The notes under the pieces are model-generated. The model saw only the letters and a list, made by a program, of their open reading frames with translations, ran no database searches and was not told the origin of the DNA. Source: the human T2T-CHM13v2.0 reference genome, Homo sapiens. From it: a stretch of 64,000 nucleotides of DNA. Location of the stretch: assembly GCF_009914755.1 (NCBI RefSeq), contig NC_060930.1, one strand, 5' to 3'. Within the stretch, counting starts at the first letter, position 1; each line of letters begins with the position of its first letter. The translations under genes were made by a program, and so were the position numbers. Shown here one piece after another: positions 14,593 through 27,041 of the stretch.

Positions 14593-14983
14593 TTTTTTTT
14601 TTAAGTTTTTTTTTAGATTCAAGGGATTTGTATGTAGGTTTATTACATGGATAAATTGCATGATGCTGAGGTTTGGGCTTCTAAAAGATCCTGTTGCCTG
14701 AGTAATTAATGTAGTACCTGATAGGTGGTTTTCCAACCCATTTCCCTGCTCCCTTTTCCCTCCTCTTTAGGAATCTTCAGTGTTTATTTTTCCTATCTTT
14801 GTATCCATGTGTACCCAGTGTTTAGCTCCCACTTACAAGTGAGAACATGTAATATTTGGTTTTCTGCTTTCAGCATGAATTCACTTAGGATAATGGTTTC
14901 CAGCTACATCCATGTTGCTGCAAAGAACATGATTGTGTTTTTTTATGGATGCATAGTATTCCATGGCATGTATGTACCACAGT
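14593..14983 (-). mobile_element. 5'-truncated L1 3' end (L1PA15/16-like)
   Basis: Poly-T, then TTTAGCTCCCACTTACAAGTGAGAACATG and CATCCATGTTGCTGCAAAGAACATGATT; similar flanks TGAAATGAATTTTT / TGAAGTGGAATTTTT. Confidence 0.85.
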
Positions 14984-15439
14984 TTGAAGTGGAATTTTTA
15001 AGGGAAAGTCTGTCCTCATTCAATCTAGGTCATTTTCTTTGCCTGTAGACCCAATTCTTTGTTACCTACTGGTTTTCTTATTGTAACAGTTACTATGTTG
15101 AGTACTTACTATGTGTTAGATAGAGTGTAAAATGGTTAAGACACAAATCTTACTTAATAATTTTCTCAGTCTTACAGGGTGAGATACATCAAGATTAACT
15201 TTTCCAATTTCAAAGCCAATGAGTGGCTAAAACAGAATTAGAACTTTGTTCTTAAATGATACCACATTTCAAACTAATTCACTAAAACTCAGAATGAACT
15301 TATAATTTTCTTGTACTTTGTATCACATGCAAATTGAAAAAGGTATCTCCATGTCTGTAGCTGTTAAATATTTAGAATTTAGGTAAACATTAATTTCTCT
15401 AGGTACATGATTTTAAAATTATATTACTTGGAGCACTAT

Positions 15440-15690
15440 TGCAAAAGGTATTAATACTTTTTATATGAAAAAGTAGTTCCATGGTCAAATAATTTTTTAA
15501 GAACACCAGATTATAGAAAGGTAAACAGGCTACTTGAATATAGGGCTTCCCAAAGCCTTTACAATGCTAGTGATATGAATGCTCCATGAAATGAACGTCT
15601 CCAAATTATTGGATTATGGAAGGGCTGTTTATGAAAGACCTCTAAGTGTCTGAATGAACTAGTTTATGTGGTACACAGTTCTTGAAATTA
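15440..15690. mobile_element. hAT-Charlie family MER remnant
   Basis: GTTCCATGGTCAAATAA...AAAGCCTTTACAATGCTA...CCAAATTATTGGATTATGGAA, with an inverted-repeat-like arrangement. Confidence 0.4.
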
Positions 15691-15756
15691 TACTTTGGTT
15701 ATGTCAGTTTCTATGAGATACTATTCAAGTCTATTCAATGCAGGAGGTTTACCATG

Positions 15757-18072
15757 TGATATGGTTTGGCTGTGCCCCACCCAAATCTCATCTTGAATTG
15801 TAGCTCCCATAATTCTCATGTGTCCTGAGAGGGACTCACTGGGTGATAGTTGAATCATGGGGGTGGGATTTTCCTGTGCTGTTCTTGTGATAGTGGTTGG
15901 TTTTATAAAGGGCAGTTCCCTGCACATGCTCTCTTGCCTGCTGCCATGTAAGACATGCCTTTCCTTCTCCTTTGCCTTCTGCCATGACTGTGAGGCCTCC
16001 CCAGCCATGTGGAATGTGAATCCTTTAAACCTCTTTTTCTGTGTAAATTACCCAGTCTCAAGTATTTCTTCATAGCAGTATGAAAATGGACTAATAGAGT
16101 AAATTGGTACCAGAATAATGGGGTGCTGCTCTAAAGATGCCCCAAAATATGGAAGCCACTTTGGAACTGGGTAACAGGCAGAGGTTGAAAGAGTTTAGAG
16201 GGCTCAGAAGAACATATAAAAATGTGGGAAAGTTTGGAACTTCCTAGAGACCTATTGAATTGCTTTGACCAAAATGCTGATGTGATATGGACAATAAAGT
16301 CCAGGCCAAGGTGGTCTGAGATGGAGATGAGTAACTTGTTGGGAAATGGAGTAAAGGTCACTCTTGCTATGCAAAGAGACTGGAGGCATTTTGTCTCTTC
16401 CCTAGAGATCTGTGGCACTTTGAAATTGAGAGAGATTATTTAGGGTATCTGGCAGAAGAAATTTCTAAATAGCATAGTATTCAAGAGGAGGCAGAGCATA
16501 AAAGTTTGAATTTTTTTTTTTTTTTTTTTTTGAGACAGAGTTTTGCTCTTGTTGCCCAGGCTGGAGTGCAATGGCACGATCTCAGCTCACTGCAAAACAT
16601 TGCAGCCTGATGATGCATTAAAACAGGAAAACCCATTTTCTGGAGAGAAATTCAAGCCAACTGCTGAAATTTGTATAAGTAACAAGGAGCCAAATGTTAA
16701 TCACTAAAACAATGGGGAAAATGTCTCCAGGGCATGTCAGAGATCTTCACAGCAGCCATCACAGACCTGGAGGCCTAGGAGGAAAAAATGGTTATGTGGG
16801 CTGGGCTCAGGGCCCCCCTACTGTGTGCAGCTTAGGGACTTGGTGCCCTGCATCCCAGCTGCTTCAGCCATGGCTAAAAGGGGCTAAGGTACAGCTTGGG
16901 CTGTGGCATCAGAGGGTGAAAGCCCCAAGTCTTGGCAGCTTTGTTGTGATGTTGAATCTGAGGATGCATAGAAGTTAAGAATTGAGGTTTGAGAACTTCC
17001 ACCTAGATTTCAGAGGATGCAGGGAAATGCCTGATGTCCAGGCAGAAGTTTGTTGCAGGGGCAGGGCCCTCATAGAGAAACTCTGCTAGGGCAGTGTGGA
17101 AGGGAAATGTGGGGTTGAAGCCTCCACACAGAGTCCTTGGGCACTGCCTAGAGGAGCTGTGAGAAGAAGGCCACTGTCCTCCAGACCCCAGAATGGTAGA
17201 TCCACTGACGGTTTGCACTGTGGGCCAGGAAAAGCTCAGACACTCAATGCTAGGCTGTGAAAGCAGCTGGGAGGGGGTCTGTACTCTGCAAAGCCATAGA
17301 GGTAGAGGTGCCCAAGGCCATTGGAGCCCACTTCTTGCATCAGTGTGACCTGGATGTGAGACATGGAGCCAAAGGAGATTATATTGGAGCTTTAAGTTTT
17401 GACTGCCTCACTGGATTTCAGACTTGCATGGGGCCTGTAGCTCCCTCATTTTAGCTGATTTCTCCCATTTGGAATAGGTGTATTTTTCCAATGCCTGTAA
17501 TCCCATTGTATGAAGGAAGTAACTAACTTGCTTTTGATTTTACAGGCTATTAGGTGGAAGGGACTTGCTTTGTCTCAGATGAGACTTTGAACTATGGACT
17601 TCTGAGTTAATGTGGGAATGAATTAAGACTTTTGGGGACTGTTGAGAAGGCATGCTTGGTTTCGAAAGGTGAGGACATGAGTGAGATTTGGGAGGGGCCA
17701 GGGGCATAATGATATGGTTTGGCTGTGTCCCTACCCAAATCTCATCTTGAATTGTGGCTCCCATAATCCCCTTGTGTCGTAGGTGAGTTCTGGTGGAAGG
17801 TAATTGAATCATGGAGTGAGTTTTCGCCATGCTGTTCTTGTGATAGTGAATATGTCTCATGAGATCTGACAGTTTTATAAAGGGCAGTTCCCTTGCTCGT
17901 GCTCTTTTGCCTGCCACCATGTAAAATGTGCCTTTGCTCCTCCTTCACCTTCTGCCATGATTGTGAGGGCTCCCCAGCCATGTGAAAGTGTGAGTCCATT
18001 AATCCTCTTTTTCTGTATAAATTACCCAGTCTCAGGTATTTCTTCCTAGTAGTATAAAAATGGAAAAATATG
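15757..18072 (+). mobile_element. Complete THE1 (MaLR) element: 5' LTR 15757-16098, internal region, 3' LTR 17710-18072
   Basis: Both LTRs start TGATATGGTTTGGCTGTG. The internal region starts GTAAATTGGTACCAG. A polypurine tract GGGAGGGGCCAGGGGC precedes the 3' LTR. 5-bp TSD CCATG / CTATG. Confidence 0.95.
16511..16595 (-). mobile_element. Alu 3' fragment (AluSp/Sq-like) nested in the THE1 internal region
   Basis: T21 followed by GAGACAGAGTTTTGCTCTTGTTGCCCAGGCTGGAGTGCAATGG...CACTGCAA. Confidence 0.9.
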
Positions 18073-19964
18073 CTATGCTTCAGTCAGAATGCATTCTAGC
18101 TATTGCTTATATAAAAAAACTTTCTTGCCCTTCCTTAATTTGGAAGAGCTCCTATAACTTGAATTTAGATGGTAAAATAATTACATCAAAGATGAGTATC
18201 ATCTAGAAGCTTTCCCCCCTTAAGCACTGATTTGTAAGTTACATTTAGAAATACCCATTTCTTTAATTCTTTCCTACCCATTTTCAGTTGTTTGGAATAA
18301 AGAGGAGATAAAGATCTGTCCACTTTATCCTTTTTTATAGGTTGCTGTTTAACTGTTTCTTGCCTATTTGTGTGCAGTTTAGGTCTTCTCCACCTGATAC
18401 AATAGTCTTTGGCCAGCTTCAAGTAGGGCTATTTTAATCCCACATGTAACATGTCACAATTTACTCTGAGAACAAATGCTTTCATATTATATTTGGCTTG
18501 TAAATGACACTTCTGTTCATTAGTGGTACCTGGTTGGGGCTTTGAGGAGTAGCTAATTTTGATGTAATTTATCAATGACAGAAAGGAATACACGGGTGAA
18601 ATTTCCAAAATTCAGCTACATCCTGACCTTGGGTTTCTATTTTCTGGAGGTACCAATTATCTTGGGAACTTTTAATTTCAAGAACATCTTTTCATCCTGC
18701 AGAGTTTCTTCAACCACAAGGTCAGCAGCAGAACATAAGATGTTGCCTTGAATCATTTCTCCATTTATTTTCATTCTGTTACATATTGTCTAGAAGTTAA
18801 AAGAGTTCCCTGGAATTAATACCATTTGTTGGAACAAGCAGGGGAAACTCCTACTTTTTTTTCCCCAGGCCCTTCTTTAGGAAATATGACAGCTTCTACC
18901 ACCCCTGGTTTTTCTGGCAGTACTGTGCCATGGTTGTCCAGTGATCCCCCATTGTGAAGAGAGCTCAGTGACACCTGGGCACAGCATCATGGGATCCCAG
19001 AGAGATTTTCACCAATTCATCTGTTTTCCCCTGCTCATATCTCCTGGGAGTGAAACCCATGAAGTTTACTCACAGGAAATTTCTGTTTATTTTCCTCAAA
19101 AAATATTTGCCAGAGCTGACGATGTGTTTTCTTCCACAGAGTTTAAGAGTAATTCACATTAAGGTGACAAAATCTGGATGCCACAGAGTCATAAGGTCAC
19201 CATAGGCTGACACCTTTCTAGAAATAGCAGCTGTTAGCAGGACCCAGCACAGGTTCCAAGCAGGAGTCCCTTTGGGAAGCCACTTCAGCCAGCATAGATG
19301 TGGACTTGGACTGTGGCAGCTGGTCCTGGGGATAAAAGCTCTTTTGGGTAGCAGCTTTCAGCATGTCAGCTAATAGCCAAGTCCTCTCAGTGGCCATGGA
19401 TCAAAGTGCCTACCAATTCTTTCACAAAAGTTCCTTCAAGAGCTCTGATAATTATATTGGCAAAACAAGTCTTTGCTAAATACTACACTCCTAGTCTCCA
19501 ACTCAATTCCTTTTCATTCATAAAACGATAGAACTTTTGAGTTAGAAAAACCATCTCTGAGCTCAGCCTCTTATTTTATACTTCTGAAATATTGGCCTCA
19601 GAGAGGTGCTCTGATTGTCTAATTCTGCATTAAAAAAAATCAGGGTTACACCAAGATTGGAAGTTTATACCATCCCCCGACCAAGTCCAAGGCTATTCTT
19701 ACAAGTTATATTGGTCTCAAAATGTTCTAAATGTGAGCCCTGCCACATCAAGTGAGTTTCTTGGCTCAAAGCAAAGGAAGCTGACTCCAACTTAAGCCAA
19801 TGGAAAAGGTATACACTAGAGATATAATGGGATGCCCAGAGAATTAAAGGAAGCTTGGAAAAATCAACCCTAGCAGAGATGAAACCTGGAAAGCTGCAAG
19901 CACTCCAACCCCAGAAAATTGGGATACAAATTTCTAGGTGCTGCTTCCTGCCCCTGTGAGCATC

Positions 19965-20152
19965 CTCTCTGTTGGCTGTACAGGCATGACACCAACATCT
20001 GCTTCTGGGGAGGCCTCAGGAAGCTTACAATCATGATGGAAGTCGAAGGGGGAGCAGGTGTGTCACATGGTGAGAGCAGTAGCAAGGGAGGTACCAGGCT
20101 CTTGAAACAATCAGATCTCACAGGAACTGATAGAGTGGGGACTCGCTTATTA
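19965..20152 (-). mobile_element. MST (MaLR) LTR fragment
   Basis: CATCTGCTTCTGGGGAGGCCTCAGGAAGCTTACAATCATG...CAGATCTCAC. Confidence 0.75.
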
Positions 20153-21009
20153 TTATTGACAGTTCTACCAGAACCACATGAAATAAGGGAGAATCAGTTT
20201 GCCCAGAAAAGGGATGGGGTGGGGTTCTTTAGCCTGATGCCTGATGCTCAAAGGAGAGGAAAAAATGCTGTACTTAGCTCGATAATCCTGAAGAAACCAA
20301 AGAAATGCTACAGACATGTAAATAAAATTGTAACACTGGATTTCTATTCACTAGAAAGAAATGAATAATTCTATTAATCTATAACTATTAAAAGTAAACC
20401 AGAGGGATGTTTTGGCCTTTGTTATTGAATTGTTGAGTAATCACCATTATTGTTTTACTAAAATACTATATACAGTGACCATAAGATAATCTTTTAATGT
20501 TGAATTCTTTATCTTAGTAAGATTTAGAAAAATCTAATGAAAGAGTCCTTTATAAAAATAAAATAAAGGAGGAAACTGGAGGGTCCTACTTAGAAAATAC
20601 TCAACTATAGGGACAATAGTGACCAAATATATTAGATCGATATAAAATTAGGCTGTAACTTTTCACCTTTCTAATCTGTTTTCTGAGACAGTATGTAATA
20701 TTAGAGGAAAAGTTTTCTCTCTGCTAAAAAGAATCTAAGAACCAATGGGGGAAGAATATTATCATGTAAGTAAAATGTTCAACTTAGTCTAAAATTCCTT
20801 TAAATACTTTATAAGGTTGTGTCAAATAGAATGTATTCATTTGGGAATTGAAGCATTTTGAAATATTCAGAAGAAATCCTCTTGGTCAGATCGAACAGTT
20901 CAACATTTATTCACTTTTTGAACACAATTAATTATCTGTGGGGGCATTCATTACACAGGAGACTTATAAAATAAAGCATGGAAACAAAATGCACATATAC
21001 TGGTTTCTT

Positions 21010-22155
21010 CTTTTTTATAAAGATAAAATTCACATGACATAAAAGTCACCATTTTAACCATTTTAAAGTGTACATTTCATGGCTTTCTTATGTTCACAAT
21101 GTTATGCTATCATTACCACTAATTCCAGAATAGTTCTATCACCACCCCCGCCAAAGAAACTCTATACCCAATTCTCCCATCCTCTATTTCCTGGCAACCA
21201 CAAATCAACTTTCTGTCTCTATACATGTGCCTACTTTGAAGATTTCATATAAATATGGTAATGGGATAATAAAAATATCATGTAATAGGCAGCCCTTTGG
21301 TCTGGATTTTTTCAATTAGCAAAATATTTTTAAGGTTTATCCATGTTGTAGCATGTATCAATATTTCATTCTTTTTTTATGGCTGAATAATATTTCATTT
21401 TATGTATCACATTTTGTTTTCTCATTCATCAGTTGATGGACATTTGGGTTATTGCCACTGTATTAGTCTGTTTTCACACTGCTATAAAGAACTACTTGAA
21501 AATGGATAATTTATAAAGAGAAGAGGTTTAATTTACTCACAGTTCCACAGGGCTGGAGGCCTCAGGGAACTTATCATGGTGGAAGGCAAAGGGGAAACAA
21601 GGCCCATCTTACATGGTGGCAGGAGAGAGCAAGAGCGAAGGAAGCCACAGACTTTTAAACCATCATATCTCATGAGAACTCACTCGTTACCACAAGGTCA
21701 GCATGGGGGATCTGTCCCCATAATCCAATTACCTCCCACCGTCCCTCTCCCTCGACACATGGGGATTACAATTTGAGATGAGATTTGGGTGGAGACACAG
21801 AGCCAAACCATATCAGCCACATTTTACTATTATGAGAAATGTTGCTACAAACATTAGTGCATGAGTGGTTGTGTAAACATGTTTTCAGTTCTCTTGGGTA
21901 TATACTTAGGAGTGGAATTGCTGGATCATATGGAAACCTTGTTTTTAACTTTTGGAGGAACTACTAAATTCCATAGTGGCTGCACTATTTTAAATTCCCA
22001 TTAGCAATGTATGAGGGTTCCAATTTCTTCATGATCTCACCAACATTTATTTTTCATTTTTAAATCTTGTAATCATTATAGTTATTCTGGAGGATATGAA
22101 GTAGTATGCTATTGTGGTTTCAATTTGCATTTCCCTTAATAACAATAATGTTGGA
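21010..22155 (-). mobile_element. L1MB-type 3' fragment interrupted by a solo LTR
   Basis: TTTTAAAGTGTACA..., TCATCAGTTGATGGACATTTGGGTT; resumes after 21820 with TCTCTTGGGTATATACTTAGGAGTGGAATTGCTGG. Confidence 0.8.
21459..21815 (-). mobile_element. Solo THE1D-like LTR
   Basis: TGTATTAGTC...CCAAACCATATCA termini; perfect 5-bp TSD GCCAC at 21454-21458 and 21816-21820. Confidence 0.93.
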
Positions 22156-24939
22156 TATACATTAATTTTCAACCTATATCATTATATTAAAAGAAGAACA
22201 GCAACAAATAATTGCACAAAAACTCAAGCAGTATATATAAATTAACCATCATGTCAATATGTGGCAATTTCTAATCTGTCAAATTCATGTGCATATTTTC
22301 TACAGACCTTCAATCACACAGATGTATAGGAATGTGTGAAAATAGTCTAATAGGAAATTCAGTTGACCATGAGACAGAACCTTCTTGAGACTTTTTTGAT
22401 GAGAAGAAATTGATCTTTCAAAGATTGTTATTATATCTGAATATTAAAGTGTCCTAGGTATAAAAAGTAAAATGGACAGTTGCCTTCAATAACTTCAACC
22501 TAAAAATCATGAACAATTTTTATCTTCTGTAGCATCCCATTTCTCCCTCTTTTCTTGAGATCCTCAAGCATAGAGTGTCCCTGGCTTTTCTAGCTTTTTC
22601 CTTTCTGAACTTACTCTCTTAAAAATATCCTATTGCTACTAGCTACATGCAAGTGTGGATGTAATTCAGTGTGTTACAATTGCAACAAGAACAAGAAAGT
22701 CAAGGTTAACGAAATAGTTTAGTTTGCTGCTTGAGCTGAGTGGACTCCATCTCTCATACTTGTATTCTTTGTGTTATTTTTATGGCTTTTCTCTCATTCC
22801 TTTATTCCTGACTGGTCATCGTCTGTCACCTGACTTTTTTTTTTCTGTTCTGAGTGTAACTCCAATTTCACATGTGGACTCTGAAGCCATATTCTAAAAA
22901 TCTGTTGAAAGGGTGTTTAAATAATAGTAGGCAGATGCTGAGTTGTTTCCTCTATAAGATAACTTCAGGGCGTTAGGAGATAGATTATGTGATGGCTGTT
23001 TTGTCTGTTTAGTTATTTTTCCCTTTCTGTTACTTGATTACTTTTGCATTATGTGATATCTGGTATTTGATGGCAAATATTCAATGACCTCAGTTTTTTG
23101 AAACATCCAAATTGTGTGAACTTTTGACGCTTAACACTTTTATGAAGCAGTCAATTTAGATGCTAAAACAGCAGAGTTTAACTATGCAAACTTTCAGACA
23201 AGCCTAAGTTGGTCTAATGTCCCAGCAAAGCATTTATTGTGCTGCAACATGGCTGATGTTAACATCTACTCTGTGTTTCATGGGCCTGGTGGTGTTAACT
23301 GTTTCTTTGAGCAGATGTTTGTCGACAGTTAATGTACTATACTTTGTTGCTACCTGTTCTTTTCAGAAGCAATTATAGACCTTGGATTGCACTCTTAAAT
23401 TAACAGCACGCTTGGCAGATCTAATAGAAGGGCTGTCCTCATCTTTTAACCACCTGCCCCGAAGAGATGCATCTGAGTTGTCAGAAATGCTACCTCTGGG
23501 CTTTAGAGTAATGTGCTTCTTATCTCTGCACTTATAACTACCATATTGAAATAGAGTACAACACCTTTTATCTTCTCCCACGCAGATGTACACCATTAAT
23601 TTATATAAGTACAACTGCTCATCTTGGTTATCTTTGCTATGGATAGTGTATGATATCTATAATGTCAGTTTTGAGGAAGTCCATTTGTTTTGAAAGGAAA
23701 AAAAAGGTGCTAATAATTGATTTAAAGAAAAATTTTAATTATCATTATTTGTAGTAAAGCTATTTTTTTTATCCTACACTATTGTCAGGCTAATACTGGC
23801 TGGTACTTTGTTTCTATCTCTTATTCTCTTATCCAGGAAACTACTTTTACTTTGATAAAAAGAAATGATAATGGCTGATTTGACTAATTCATTCTTTTTT
23901 ATTGAATTCAGATAAAAATTATGATTAGCCTAAATATATCACATCTGAAAAATTTAGAAAGTGTTATCTCCAAGGAAAATAAGGTAAAATTATTTGACAA
24001 TACTTTGCTGGTTTTGTTGAGACCTCACTATGAGTAACAGATTGACATGTAAAAATTTTATGTTCCCAAGAGTTGTGCCTCCTCCCAGATTTCTACACAT
24101 CTGTATCGTTCTCTCTCCAGTTTATTTGATCCCATGCACAGGTGTCAAAGTGTGTGTGGTTACTAAATCATGTTTGATCTTAAAGCATATTTCCAAACAT
24201 GGTCAAGGATTGATGGACATCTCAAAGATGAAGGGTCTAAACAAGGAGTGAGGATGACTTCAGAAGGCCTGGGAAACAATAAAGTCATGCAAAAATAGTG
24301 AACTCGAAATGAAGAATAGAAAGAAAGACAAAAGCATTGGATTGAAGAAATATTGTTACCAAGAAGAGAGAATGAAAAAACTAGGGGAATTGAGATGCAA
24401 ATATATTATTATACATGTATGGATATAGGTGAAAGATGAGAGAAAAAGTGGTTTTTCTTACCTGAGCTGCCTGTCCGTGGCCTAAACTGGTCCTTGGTCT
24501 TATTTAATAGTGAAGGTTTACTTCCTAAGGGATTTTTTTTTCGGTGTGTGATGTTTAGACTCTACAATCTATTTTTTTCTGGTCTTTTTATTTATCTTCT
24601 AAGTTCACGTAAAATTCATGACTAGGATGTGTTTTCTTCATAAAGGCTCTAAATCATTGGAAATAACATTTCCTTTTATAAGTTAGATATTAATACAAAA
24701 ATAAGTAATGAGACAAACTGTTTTAAGTCTTAGGAAGATAGTTTTTATAAAATATGAAAGTGTAATATTATAGAGGTAATATAAATAGATGTTTAATATA
24801 ACCCAGATATCATTTGTGATCTTTGATTTTACTGAAATGGTATCATTCGTAATATTGCCTTCTAAATTTACATCACGGATTATAAGTGCTAGAACTAAGA
24901 ATATCTATAAGGGTTTATTAATATTTTGGTAATGCAATA

Positions 24940-25200
24940 CAATATAGTGGTAAAAGCACATACTTTGGTATCAGACATGTTCAGTTCAAAATCTGACTCA
25001 GTGCAGTGGCATGACATCTACCAGGAATCAGAGACCTAGATTCAAGCCTTGATACTAACATCAGTCAAATCGTTTGAATCTTTCTGAGCCTCAATTTTCT
25101 AATAGGGAAATGGGGATAAAAATACTTGCTCTGCTTAATGTTTAGGCTGCTTAGGGAGCTTAATTGGGGTAACCTGTGCAGTGCGGATAGCTGTGAGACA
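24940..25200 (+). mobile_element. MIR fragment(s)
   Basis: ATAGTGGTAAAAGCACATACTTTGG; TCTGAGCCTCAATTTTCTAATAGGGAAATGGGGATAA. Confidence 0.65.
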
Positions 25201-26519
25201 TTGTTGTGAGTACAATTGTGAACTTGCTTTTTAACACCTGCATAATCCTGGCTCATGTACACTTAGTGGCCCTCAGATACTTTTTACTTATTCATCAATC
25301 TGATATTTTTTTATCCTGAATCTTTTACAGACAGGGCTCAAGGAGAAACTGCTATGAGGAAACTCAAAGAGCCATACCCTTAATTTTGGGCCTCTTACAT
25401 CCTCCCGAGGGGAATTTGAGGATTTCAAACATGATAATTGTATCAGGATGCAATTTCTACTCTGACATATGCTTTAACATTTAATAAAGAAGAAATGGAA
25501 TTTTAGTTTAAAAATTAAAATTCTTGACCAAATTGAATTTTTCAAAATGTAATATTTTTCACCTAAAAACGGGTTTTCCATTTGATTTTGTTTTTGGAGA
25601 GAAACTGGTTTTCTTATACAAAGGTGATAGAACTCTTTTTGTGTGGTTTGTCTTTTTAAAAAGTTTTTTGTTTAGTGAGGAAATTTCTCTGGAATGAGAC
25701 GATGTTACTAGAACAGGCATTTTTAACACGTGAGAAAATTATAGGACTATGTGAAATTACAGTTTTAAGATTTAGAGATGTCTGAAATTACATAATGTAT
25801 TCATATTATATGTTAAGGACTTGCTAATTAAGGTGGGCCTTTTAAAAATAATTAAGCACCGTGAGTGTTATTTAGCAGTGATTTAGTCATTTAAAAACAA
25901 CATAAGCAGTATATCTAAGTTGTGTGTAAGTTTTATTAGGGATCTTCAGAATTACAGTATTGGAGACCAAGGAATTGATATTCTTTTCAGGAATAGCACT
26001 AATTTCAATATAATTAATGATATGGTGGCATATAAGCACAAGAAAATTATATAGAATTTCTTATTTGTTGTGGCCAAGATATTAATATTTTGTTTATGAG
26101 ACTTTGTATCTGAACATATATAGAGAAATATTTTATTCAGTATTTGAAGCAAAAGACTTCTTCCCACATTTCTCTATGAATCAGTGTATATTTCATGTTC
26201 TGTTAAAACCAAACACCACTGTGAAAAAGTTTTCACTCTTTAAAAAAGTGTGACTATTTTATTTGTTTGTTAAATTCCTTAATATACTATAGGCAAATTT
26301 GGTGCTTGAAACATGACAGATAAGTTTTCTGTTATGGATGTGATTTCCTAATCAATAGTAAACTGAAAAAAATGTAGTAAATGTAGGCAGGTCATAAGGA
26401 AAGAAGGTATTACAAGGGATTGTCCTAGTGTCAGGCTGGCAGAGAACCACAGGGCAGTGTAGAGTGTGGTAAAGTGGGATCAAAGGGTTTGAACACTTCT
26501 ATCTGTTTACTTAATGTCA

Positions 26520-26790
26520 TTTTATTCAAAGCACCTAATCTGATCTCCCCCCATGTAAAATTATACACCCCAATGCTTCTAATTTTCCTTGTCGTGCTGT
26601 TTCCTTCTGGAGTGCTAATTACCTTCAAATGCACTATATATTTTAAAATATTTATTTGTTTTATTTTCTTCACCCTTCTCCCATCAACTGTAAACTTCAT
26701 AAAGTCAGAAGTTTTGTTTGCTTTATTAATGCTTGCAATATCATCTGATAGCCTGCAAATGCTGAATAAATCCTTGTTGAATGAATGCAT
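26520..26790 (+). mobile_element. L2 3' end
   Basis: CTGTAAACTTCATAAAGTCAG...ATGCTGAATAAATCCTTGTTGAATGAATG terminus. Confidence 0.65.
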
Positions 26791-27041
26791 AAATGCATCA
26801 ATATCTGCAGAAATAGATAAGTAGATTCAATGCACTGCATCAGCTTGTGCACCTGAAAGTGGTTCTAATTGATCATTTGGTTGTTTGTCTGAAGCCTGGA
26901 CTCATCAGTGGAATGTATCAAATGAAGTTGAAATGACAGAAATAAATTTGTATCTTGTAGAAAGATAAATCTAAAGAATTTAGGGAGACTGGGTATCCTC
27001 CAAGTTTATTCCTCAAGAGGATACTGAAAACACTTCCTTCA

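Noticed and set aside
15721-17999. Numerous 65-126-aa ORFs in the THE1 region
   Set aside because: Typical chance frames in MaLR LTR/internal sequence; no retroviral domain recognised.
24455-24530. Possible minus-strand exon (donor CAG|GTAAG at ~24460)
   Set aside because: Isolated splice signal with no recognisable coding content or partner exon; could be a lncRNA exon but cannot be supported from sequence alone.
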